A stretch of 38,020 nt of DNA from Octopus bimaculoides. Its lineage: Eukaryota. This document shows, in pieces, positions 21,421 through 32,800 of the stretch (within the stretch, counting starts at the first letter, position 1; each line of letters begins with the position of its first letter). Made by a program: the position numbers and the translations under genes. The DNA is taken from positions 28,126,798 through 28,164,817 of the forward strand of contig NC_069000.1 of NCBI RefSeq assembly GCF_001194135.2, given 5' to 3'. The notes below the pieces were generated by a model, which searched no databases, had not been told where the DNA came from, and saw only the letters and a program-made list of their open reading frames with translations.

Positions 21421-22077
21421 AGCGTCTAGAACAACTTTATTCTCACACACGTGTGTTTATATAATATAAACACACACACACATACATACATATATGTACC
21501 AATACTTGCTTACAAATTTCTATGTTTGATGTTATCCATAACTGCGTTTAAATTTGGTATTTTAAAAAAATTAAGTTAAACTTGACCAGATAGTAGTTAT
21601 TTTGTTTAAATTAACCTTGATCGAGCAGACCTACTATCAGAAGCGTTCCAGTTGTAACTTTACAATCTTTTAATTTCTTTTCCCCAGTTGTAGTGAGGGT
21701 ATCCAGAACTACATTATCCAGTGTATCATTTCTTTTATTTAGAAATGCCATTGTAATTTGGGGAAAATTTGATTACTATAAACCTGCTTTAATAGGGCAG
21801 GCATTTCATGAAAATCATTCCAGCATGATCGTTTCAATTTTTTCTTATTCAATTAAACATACTCTAGATTACCTTATCTAATGTATCCCTTGTTGAAATC
21901 AACTATTCCTTTCATTTTTCCGGCGACTGAGATCGGCTTAATATTCCTGTAAGGCACCCTATGAACGGAGTCATAAAATAAGACAAAATGGTAGGGAGTA
22001 GTTTGATAACATTTGGCTGCTATTCCTCACAGATGGAGTCACTACGGAGTGGTTTCCTCTTGTATCAGTCCTTTATA

Positions 22078-22476
22078 ATGGTTTCAAATTTTGGCACAAA
22101 GCCACAATTCCGGAAATTGGCTAAGTCGATTACGTCGACCCCAGTACTCAACTGGAACTTATTTTTATCGACCCCGAGAGGATGAAAGGCAGAGTGGACC
22201 TTGATGGGATTTGAACTTAAAACGTAAAGACAGATGAAATACCTATTTCGTTATTGCCCACAAGGGGCTAAACATAGAGGGAACAAACAAGAACAGACGA
22301 ACGGATTAAGTCGAATACATCGACCCTAGTGCGTAACTGGTACTTAATTTATCGACCCCGAAAGGATGAAAGGCAAAGTCGACCTCGGCGGAATTTGAAC
22401 TCAGAACGTAACGGCATATGAAATACCGTTAAGCATTTTGCCCGGCACGCTAACGATTCTGTCAGCTCTCAGCCTT
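22078..22476 (-). mobile_element. Two abutting family A SINEs (22078-22243 lacking the head; 22244-22476 full length with a variant tail)
   Basis: Two reverse-complement cores (atcgaccccg..ggatgaaaggca). The second includes the head gattctgtcagctctcagcctt. Confidence 0.88.
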
Positions 22477-22630
22477 AATGCATTGCTCCTTTTTAATTAG
22501 GGTGCTTAACCTGTCAAAAGGTCCACAGTCTACTCTGATGTGTTTTTTTAGTAATGCTTTTTTGTAAACACATGCTGTTTACTAAAAGAGTGTTTTCTAA
22601 ACTCGTTTATGTTTTAATATTTCGTTAGCT

Positions 22631-22779
22631 TACGTTCTGAGTTCAAATTCCGCCGAGGTCGACTTTGCCTTTCATCTTTTCAGGCTCGATAAATTAAGTA
22701 CCAGTTGCGTACTGGGATCCATCAAATCGACTCCTCCCCTCCCCCAAAATTTCGGGCCTTGTGCCTAGAGTAGAAAAGG
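22631..22779 (+). mobile_element. 5'-truncated family A SINE with a perfect 15-bp TSD
   Basis: aatatttcgttagct at 22616-22630 and 22780-22794 flanks tacgttctgagttcaaattccgccgaggtcgac... Confidence 0.92.
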
Positions 22780-23184
22780 AATATTTCGTTAGCTAGGCTC
22801 AAATGCGAAGTACTGCGACTATGGACAAAAGTATGTATACTCTTCTGATGACTCTCGCAATTTGACGAAATAGATCAACTTTAATATATACCTTCAGAAG
22901 CACAAAAGGCAAGATTATTTAGCTTAAAAAAAAATATAAAAAAATTTTTTTTTAAATTGTCTGCCAGACGTTTAAACATTAATTATTTTATTCCTTTTAA
23001 ATATTTTATGGCTTGAATAAAATATCTTATAACGTATGGGAAAAATATGTCAGGTCATACTTGCTCAACAGAAAAACAACAACCACAAATACACTTGCAG
23101 CAAGTCTATTTAAGTGCATGCATTTATTGCTCGATCTAATTTACAGTAATAAAACAAATATTCAGATGGTGTGTTCTTTCTTTG

Positions 23185-23375
23185 AACCTTTACGTGTTTC
23201 AGTCATTGGACTGTTGCCATGCTGGGGTACAGCCTTGAAAGGTTTAGTTCAACAAATCAGCCTCAATGCTAATTTTTTTAAAGCCTGGTACTTTTGCCGA
23301 ACAGCTAAATTACAGGGACATAAACGAATCAACACCAGTTGTCAAGCAGGTGTATGTCTGTGTTTGTGTGTGTTA
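23185..23375 (-). mobile_element. SINE family B, 3' half (a degraded family A tail follows at ~23440-23560)
   Basis: gtttcagtcattggactgttgccatgctgg...gccgaacagctaaattacagggac...gttgtcaagc is the reverse complement of family B. Confidence 0.72.
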
Positions 23376-23936
23376 GCTTGAGGCAAGTTATGATAGCAAT
23401 GTTTGACAAATGGAAATGCTGCTGTTGCTCTTGTTCACGTTGTAAACCTTGGACAGTATTTGAATACAGAGTGAAAAGAGCTTACAGTCAATCACTGGTG
23501 TGGATGTATCTACAAGCCCCTCCCCACTAAATTTCAGGTCTTGTGCCTATTGTATAAAATTTTTTAAAAAAATAATTGATTCAAATCTGCTTTATCATGA
23601 GACTCACTGAAGCAAAAATTTCTAGTCATTCGGTTTAGATAATCAATATATATATATATATATATTATACTACAAGTATCTGTATATATACCTTTTTTTA
23701 TGTGTTAGACTTAACCATTTGAAGCTGTTGAATTTACTCCTCTATATGATTTATTTACTAAACTATTCAGTACAAGCTCTAAATTATTTGACACAAGCTG
23801 GAGTCATTTTATTTATGTTTTGTATTCAAAAGTTAATTCTGCTGTCTTTGTTTCATAATGCTCAACTAATGTTTTTATGTCCATAAACTCTGATGATCAA
23901 ATCAATTTTCTTTTTTTTTTCTCATTGGTAAATTTA

Positions 23937-23970
<34 letters not shown>

Positions 23971-26870
23971 ATGCTTACTTGCTTATGATAGTCCATCAAA
24001 GGTGATGACAGTGTCAATCCAGGATATTCATTCTCCTCCCCCTCCAGTACATTGTTTCTTATGGGAGCAGATGTGACTGACTGACAAGACCTATTCGAGA
24101 CTGGCAGATCCTGTGGTATTGAGGGTACTGAAAGTGATCCCAAACAACAGCTTTAGGGTATTGATGACAATGTCTACTCTTCTCTTCATAAAGTCTCCTG
24201 CATTCAGTTTCAAAACATTCTACTCCAGCATCTCGCATGTACTGTGGATACACAGACAGCTCAATAAACAGAGATGTTTGTACTTACTCTAAGGTTCTTG
24301 TTCCAAAAGACTTGTTCGCTGAGTCTCCCGAAAGAGGCAGAGGCCAAGTTAATCTGATGGAGTATCTCCTCGTTGAGGAGTCCAATGTTAGAGATTGTGC
24401 TTCTAAGATAGCAGACTGAATCTACTGCTTGTGATAGAGGAGTATTATCAATACACTCTCGGAGTGGTTGGCGTTAGGAAGGGCATCCAGCTGTAGAAAC
24501 TCTGCCAAATCAGATTGGAGTCTGGTGTAGCCATCTGGTTTCACCAGTCTTAAGTCAAATCGTCCAACCCATGCTAGCATGGAAAGCGGACGTTAAACAA
24601 CGATGATGATGATGGGCTGATGGGGAGGTAAGTACTGGAAGACTGATTGAACTTCAGTTTTTCAATGATTCACTCGAAGACAAAGATGAGAATAGGCACT
24701 GTTCATTGAGTTCATCATGTGTTGAAAAGAGGCAAGGGCATGAGATAGTGCAGCTGAATCGTCAGTTTTTGATGTAGCTTTCAGGTGGTAAATGTTAAAG
24801 ATGCTGTATTCATTGTAGTACCCAATACGAAATCCATTGTCTTGGTGAACTGTCTCCTTAAAAGAAGGGGTACAGCCACCAAATAAATGTTAAATAACAC
24901 AGGCTAAGAATGGATCCTTGTTTTAATCCCTTCCCCTCACCTGGACATCAAAGGGTTCCGAGGCTTCATCGCCAAGTGCTACTCTGTTTTGCATACTATC
25001 ATGAAACTTCTGGACAATCAAGAGAAACATTGGTGGACAGCCAAACTTCTGAAGCAGATGCTAATACATAGGACGTTGACCATATGAAACACCTTTATTA
25101 GATCAATGAAGGCATAACATATGTCTCTTTGCTATTCATGAGACTTCTCAAGGAGAAGAGAGGCCACAAATACCATGTCAGAAATGGTTCTTCCTGTGAC
25201 ACAGGAAAAACCAGGTTGACAACATGAAGTAGAAGATGATGGAAGAAAATGCAAGAGAGGATCTTGTAGGTATCACCCAGAAGAAAGATTACCCTACTGT
25301 TTCCACACTCTGCATGGCCTCCCTTGTGCCAATAGATCATGACAGTATTGGTGTATTTCCATCTGTCAAGTATAGTCTTCTACCAAAAGAGAGGAAACAA
25401 AGAGTTGAGATGTGAGGTGAGGCCTGCCTTACTTGTAGATCTCACCTGAGATCCATCATCCCCAGGAGACTTCTTGTTTATGAGGCTAAAGATGGCCTGT
25501 TGGACCTCATCAAGTGTTTGAGGCTTGTCAAGTTGTCAGGATAAGAAGATCCAGAATCACTTCAAGTGTCATGGGGTCTGAGGGGGTTGACCCAATTCAA
25601 AAGTTCTTGAAAATGTTTGGCCCACCTGTGAAGTATTGCAGTTTTCTCTTTTGGTAAGGTGCCATTGGATGATCTCACCTGAGTAGTAACCTTTCTACAT
25701 GGGCCAAAGATTTTTTTTATCAAGTCATAGAATTCACAGGTTTTGTTCTCGTCTGTAAAACGTTGAGTTTTTTCTGCCTTTCAGAGCCACCAATTGTTTT
25801 GAGCATTCCTGATAACATGTTATGCAGTGGTACAAGCATCCTCCATTTTAGCTGCAAAGTTGCAGAGCTCAGGTTGGCTGGAACAGCATCATGCAGTTTA
25901 CTCTTCTTGCACAGGAGAGGTTGTATGGCCTTGGCTGATTCATCAAACTGGTTGGGGTTACAACACATCGTTGTCTCAAAGGTTGTCTTGACAGTAGAAC
26001 ATTGTAGAACATTGTAGAATATTGTAGAACATTGGGAGATGAGTCCCAGAGGTTGTTGATTTCCTCTTAGGTGGGGACAGCAGTCAGGAGATCTGGGATA
26101 GGGGATAACTGATCTTGAATTCTGCACTGAAGCTTACTATGCTACTCACAATTGGAGAGGTCAGCAATATCAAGACCAGAAAAGGGCTGCAATTTTGGGA
26201 TTGGAGGCCTCAGAGCCAAACAAAGGAGTAATTCAATCATTCGATGGTCAGTCGAACATTCAGCACCCCTTGTAACATGGGTGATCAAGATATCTTTATG
26301 ATCCCTTTCACATAGTCAAGAAGATGCTAGGATTTGGATCTAGAATGCACCCAGGAAACTTTCTGGATTGTTGGGAGCTGGAAAACTGTTGGTAATGGCC
26401 AGTTCATGTTGGAAACAGAGAGATAGAAGATGGCCATTGACACTCATTTTCCCAACATCATGATGACCAATAATGCCAGATGAGATGAGATGACTTTGAC
26501 CAACCCTAGCATTGAAATCTCTTAGCTGAATGGCCTTATCAGACTTTGGTATTCTTCAGATGACATCATCCAGAGACAGGTGGAACCTGTCCTTGACATC
26601 TTTAGGAGAATCCAAGCTGGGAGCATAGGCACTGATGAATGTGGTTTATTGGCCTTTGGTGAGAGAAAATCACAGTATGATGAGATTTTCATGCAGTTTG
26701 ATAGGAAATTCTGCCATCTTATTTGCAAGAGCCACTACATCCATGTTACATTTGAACTTTGATACAACCAAAGAAGTTTTTCAATGAAGTTGATCTGAGT
26801 TAGAAAGATCAAATAAAGTTCTGACATTCTATGAAGCAACAGACAGTTTCTTATGCTTAGGGTTCAATTC
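23971..26870 (-). mobile_element. Near full-length degenerate RTE (BovB-like) LINE, family 2: AP endonuclease, RT, C-terminal CxxC-like motif and short-repeat tail
   Basis: Start KLSVAS*NVRTL (APE motif WNVRTL); KGGHAECGNSRVIFLLGDTYKIL (KGD..C.NYRGISLL); C-terminal FQYPQYHRICQSRIGLVS (CxxCxRxCxSRIGLxSH); tail taagcaagtaagcat. Many stops and deletions. Confidence 0.82.
24452..24615 (+). mobile_element. Isolated RTE family 1 3' tail (heavily truncated LINE or SINE) inserted in the family 2 RTE
   Basis: acactctcggagtggttggcgttaggaagggcatccagctgtagaaactctgcc...ggacgttaaac..(gat)n, closely matching 5265-5420. Confidence 0.88.
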
Positions 26871-26879
26871 CAGTGTTTC

Positions 26880-29800
26880 TGTTCTTTTCTGTTTCCTGGT
26901 GCTAGAACATATAGTTTCAAATTGTTTGCGTGTTGGTACCTCAAATGTGCTGTCCAATACTTCCATGGGGATTTCATTTCTCAAGATTGTTTTTCCATGA
27001 ATCTTTTTTTAAGTTGGTTGATAAGTCTTATATGTTTGACATTTTTAGCTTTTACCAGGAATAACCTTCTTCCAATTTGTTTAATAATTACACCATGCTC
27101 TCAGCTTTCTTTACCATATCTATAGGTTTTAAAAAAACTTTGTTACCTAACTTGAAAAATTTTGAAGTATTTTTGTTCACCTTTTTTTAATTTTCACTTG
27201 ATATCAGCTTATCAAAGATGGAGCTGAACTTTCTAGCATCAATTCTGCAAGTGACATACCCGACAGTGTGTTCAGATTAGGTGTTACTCGGTCCACTCTT
27301 AGAAATTCTTGAAGTGCAAAATCATCCATCATGTCATTGTTTGCCTTTTCCAATGCCCTCTTGAAAGTGTCAACAAAACATTTGACCTAGGATGATATGG
27401 CAGAGTGGTGACATGTTCGATGACAAACATTTTACAAAATTTTCTGAACTCATCTGATGTAAATTGAGTTCTATTATCAAACACAATGGTATTGAGAATA
27501 CCACACCTGGTGAACAATTCATGTAAAAAGCTTACTGTAACTGCAGACATTGGCTTTTTACATTTATGCACTTCCAGCCACTTTGAAAAACTGTCCACCA
27601 CAACAAGGTAATATAAACCCTTAAGTGGATTTACGTAAACAACATGCAAATCTGGCCCATGGAAAATCTGTTTTTGGCCACGGTTGCCATTTAGTGGTAG
27701 GCACTTTTGCAGCTAAGGCACACCCACTGCATGTTTTCACTGATTCTTCAATGTCATGGTCTATTGTTGGCTATTATACATAACTTCTCATTAATGATTT
27801 CATTCTTGAAATTCCTGGGTGAACAATGTGAAATTCCTTTAATAATCGCTTTTGTAGTGTGACTGGCACTATGACTCTTTGTGTGTGCATCAACACATTG
27901 AGAAATAGTTCGCATTTGTGTTGTGCATATTTTTACCTCTTTTAGCTGCCTTCAGTATTTCTTTCATTTTTTAAATGAATTTATCACTTTCCAATTTTAA
28001 TTTTTATGCCTTATAAAGTAACTGGCAGTTCATGTATGATGTTACACAGAACATTTTAAATTTCATTTTCCGCTCACAAAGCAGCAATCATTGTATCCTC
28101 AATGGTTCTGCATTTTTTGAAATCAGTCTTGATAAACAATCAGCATGACCTAATTTCTTGGATGGCCCATACTCCATCTTAAAAGCTGTTGTATTGTAGA
28201 TATTCTCATCACCACTTTTGTATCATGGCACTGTATGCCACTTTTATAATGTGGACTTATAACTGTGGGATATACAATACTACGAAACAAGATAGACACC
28301 AACTGTCTCTACTTGATGTATTCCCAAATACTCTGCCAACAATTGTAACCAATCCAAAACAACTGTCAACAAATTAAAATAACTTCTCAACAATTTCCTG
28401 CAACTCCACCAACTCACGAATGACACCTTTTGACTTCCAGCAATTTCTCATCTCTCACTCCCAGTCAAAACACACTGTAATTATACAAGTTCAGCAAGTC
28501 CATTTTCATAGGGGGTGTCATGATTCTCACCATAACATCTCCCCTTTTGAAATTTGATTTCTGTAGGAAGTGAAGATTGTTTATTTAATTTTTTTCTATT
28601 TTTTTTTCATCCTCACTTCTCCCTCTTTTGAGATTTTAATTTCCTTAGAAGTTTTAATACTTTTTTCATTTAGGCACTATTTCTTGTTTATGTTTTCTAT
28701 TGTTGATCTACCTAGGTTCAACCTATTTTGGTGTTGGAACATTGAACAAGTCATAAGAAACTTCAATTGGTATTTCTTCTCTTTTTTCAGTATGTCTAGT
28801 CTTCAACTAGTTCAAATGTCGTTTGTGTTCTCCTATTTGACCTTTTATTATGTACATCATATTGCCTATTCTTTTCGTCACTATACCATCCTCCCAATCT
28901 TGTCTTCCATTCTTATATATTTTGAAGTCGGGTGACTTGCCTGAAAAGGTGTTCGGGTTAGGCGTTACCCTGTAAACCCTTAAGAATAGAGTTAGTGCTG
29001 CATCATTGCCTAATTCATTTCCTGATTTTTTTAGCGATCACTTAAATATGTCTACAAACCTTTCTGCTTGCCCATTTGATTTTGGGTGGTATGGCAGAGT
29101 AGAGATGTGATTGATTGCATACATCTCAAAGAAATTTTAAAATTCATACCCCTCAAACTGCATTTCATTATCCAATAATATGGTGTCCAAGACACCATAT
29201 CATGCAAAAAGTTCGTGAAGGAACCTTATTGTTACCTTCAAGGTTGGTTGACTGCATTTACCTATCTCTAGCCACTTGGTATAGCTGTCTACTATGATCA
29301 GATAATATGTACCATTTACCAGTCCAGCAAAATCGATAAGTAACCTGGACCACGGACTGTCTGTCTTAGGCCACAATTGGAACTTCACTGGTGTTGACTT
29401 TGCTGCGAGAGCACAACCTCTGCAGGATTTAACCAATTGTTCAATATCATGGTCCATAGTAGGCCAATACACGTAATTCCTCGGTATTGATTTCATTCTT
29501 GAAATCCCTGGGTGTCCCATATGAAATTCTCTTAATACACACTTTTGTAGTGTGACTGGTACTACAACTCTTTGTGAATACATCAACACATTATCAGACA
29601 GAGAAAAATGGTTCACATTTGAGTTATGTCTATTTTTATTTTATTTTACCTTCAACGTTTCTTTCATCTTTGCATTCTCAGGTTTTAATTTTATATCTCG
29701 AACAGTTACTGACAGCTCCTGAATAAAGTTACATAAAATGTTTTACAAAACAGATTTATGGAGAGATCCCATAAATCAAACAACTCCATCCAGTCAGTAC

Positions 29801-32800
29801 TGCACAAGTTTGTTGTGTTTTTTAACACAAACACTTTTGCTTTACATGTTTTACCATGAAATGCAATGTTGCTTTCCATTTTGCCTGAGACACTTCATGC
29901 ATTTTTTGATGTTTTTTTAATGTAGGTTTCCTAAGTTACCCAATTTTCTCCCACATGTTGGTATTGATAATTGTAATGTTGTTACCTTGTCTAGTTGTAG
30001 TTTCACATTCATGTTGTTTATTTTTACATACACATACTTTCTTTTATGAGTGTCATCATTACTTTCCGTTGAGCAAACCTTTTTAGAAGAATTTTTTTCT
30101 GACCGTTTTTGCTTAGTTATGCAGTGTGAGCTTTTATGTCCTATTTTTTGACAACTAAATTATTTTCAAGTTTTAAATGGACAGTCTTTTTTAAAATGCA
30201 AACCTCCACACCCATAGCATGGATTTGGTCATAACATTCTTTTTTCATTATTTATTCCCAGTTGACTTGAGAGAAATTTTTTTTCTTCAATTTTCTTTAT
30301 GTCCTGTTGCAGGTTGATAATTCTTTGACATTCTTCTGCTACTGCCTGCAGGGTTAAATTCTGAGCCTCCTGTTCTAGTTTTGTAAGAATGCATGCACAT
30401 TTTTTAGGCAGCATTTTTCATGCTCTGAAGGACCTAGTTTCTGTAACAGTAGTCTCCTTTTTCATCATCTGTCCAACACTTGCATTCTTCCTTGAAAATT
30501 TCTTCGTATCTTCTGAAGTACACTGAAAAAAGTTATACCCTCTTTGGGGCTATAACTAAATTCAGTTATAGCATTTGCTATGCTGTCTGGCATAAACAAA
30601 CTAGCAGTGTTTCCTGACTTCCATATTCATTCCAGCAACTGTTGTTCAACTCTTGGGTACTGTTGTTTGACTCTTGAGTACTGTTGTTCAACTCTTTCTG
30701 CTGTTGCTGCTGCATTCCTGTTGCTGTTGCTTTTGAAACTGCACTATGCCAGTTAATAGTTCTTCCATAATTAACAAATTTTTGTATCATAAAAAAATTG
30801 TTAATGACCAACATAAGCTTCAAATTACTTGTCACCAACTGTAGGGTAGATATCCTCATCACCACTTTTGTATTGTGGTACAGTATGCCACATCTATAAC
30901 GTGGACTTAGAACCGTCGGATATATGATACTATGGAACAGGGTACACACCAACTGTCTCCACTTATTGTATTCCCAAATACTCTGCCAACAAATGTAACT
31001 AATCCAAAACAACTCTCAATGAACTAAAACAACTTCTCAACAATTTTCTGTGATTCCACGAACTCACGCGCAACACCTTTCGATTTCCAGCGATTTCTCA
31101 TCTCTTGCTCCCAGTCAAAACATGCTGCTACTTATATGAGTTTGGCTAGTCCATTCTTGCTAATAACAAACTCATAGTTTAATGATATCGTACCCCAGTA
31201 TGGGTAGAGATTCCTTTCTCTGACTCCCAAATATTGATAATAATGGACGATGATCAGTCTGTAGATGAAAATTTCTGCTGTATAAAAATCTGTGAAATAA
31301 TTGCTAGAGCTTCTTTTTCGATTTGGCTATATTTTTTCTCTGTTGATATCAGAGAATGCAAAGCATGAACCACCACCTTCGAGTCACCATCTTTATATTT
31401 ATGCAGCATAACTGCTCCTATACCATACTCAGAAGCATCTGAAGCTACAACAATCTCTGCTGCAAGATCGAAGTGTGCTAATGACAATTCAAATGTTAGC
31501 ATATTTTCAATTTCATCAAAAGTCTTTTGACAATTTTCCATCCTATTCCACTTCACATCATTTTTCAGCAGATTCAGTGGAATCCTCAACTTATGCATGT
31601 TTGGAATATAATTTTGGTAATAATTTGCCAGTCCTAAAAAAGTTTGTAAGGTCACAGTATATGTCTGATAGGTCATATTTTTAATTGCATCTGCCCTCGA
31701 CAGATCTGGTTGATGTCCATTTCTGTCAATGATTTGTCCTAAATATCTTATTTTTGGTAAGAAAAATTCACTCTTTTCTTCACTCAAAGTAAAGCCATAG
31801 TACCTAATTTTTTCGAACACATATTTTACATGCTCCAGATATGGAATTGTGAATTTACAGTCCACTAACATTGCATCCATAATATGTTGAAAAATCGCTT
31901 GTGCGACTTTTACGTCAAATGGTAACCTGTTGTATTCATAGTCCTTTATATGTTAGTTGTTAGGTATTTAAAGCATTCATCATCTACTCTAATTTGTAGG
32001 TACACTTGAGAGAGATCCAATTTATAAAATATCTTGTTGTTGTTTAATTTTGCAAAAATATTCTCCGGAGTAAGTAGCAGACAGTGGCTCATGTTAAGAC
32101 TTTCATTTAAACCAGTAGAAAAATCAGCACACACTCTGACTTTATTATTCTTTTTCTTAGCGTACACAGTTGGTGATGCCCATTGACCATATTCCACTTT
32201 TTGGATAACTTCAATTTTTTCTTGTCTCTCTAACTCTCAGTTTATCTGTTCTAACACTGTGAACGGTACAGTTTATTTTTGTTTAAATGTCAGTATGCCG
32301 TTTTCTTTTATTTGAAACTTCACTTTGTTTTGGTGCACAAACCTAATTTATCAGACAGAACAACAGGAAAAATCTTTTTTTATTTTTTTTCAACTTGTCT
32401 AATGACTTATTTGTACTAGAGGAAAAACCATTCACACTTTTACAGAAAAGATTTATGGGGAGGTCTCATAAGTTAAATAATTCCATCCAGTCAGTTCCAA
32501 ATAGATTTTTCATATAATAATATGTCAATAACACAAAATCTTTGACTTTTAAGGTTTTTTCATGAAGTGTAATGTCACTTATAAATTCGCCCTTAAAATA
32601 TAATTTTTTCCCTGAAACACCACAGGCAATTTTCAAAGTTTCATTTAATCTAGGTCTCCTGATTTTTCTCCATGTATCTGTGTTAATTATCAAGATATCA
32701 CTGCCCATATCCAATTGTAACTTTATGTTTATGTTATTGATTTTCACATACACAAATTTCCTTTGAGGCTTGTTTGTATTTTTTGTCACTGATAACCCGT

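Noticed and set aside
25994-26033. Four copies of the 10-mer gtagaacatt
   Set aside because: Simple slippage expansion inside a dead RTE, with no sign of function.
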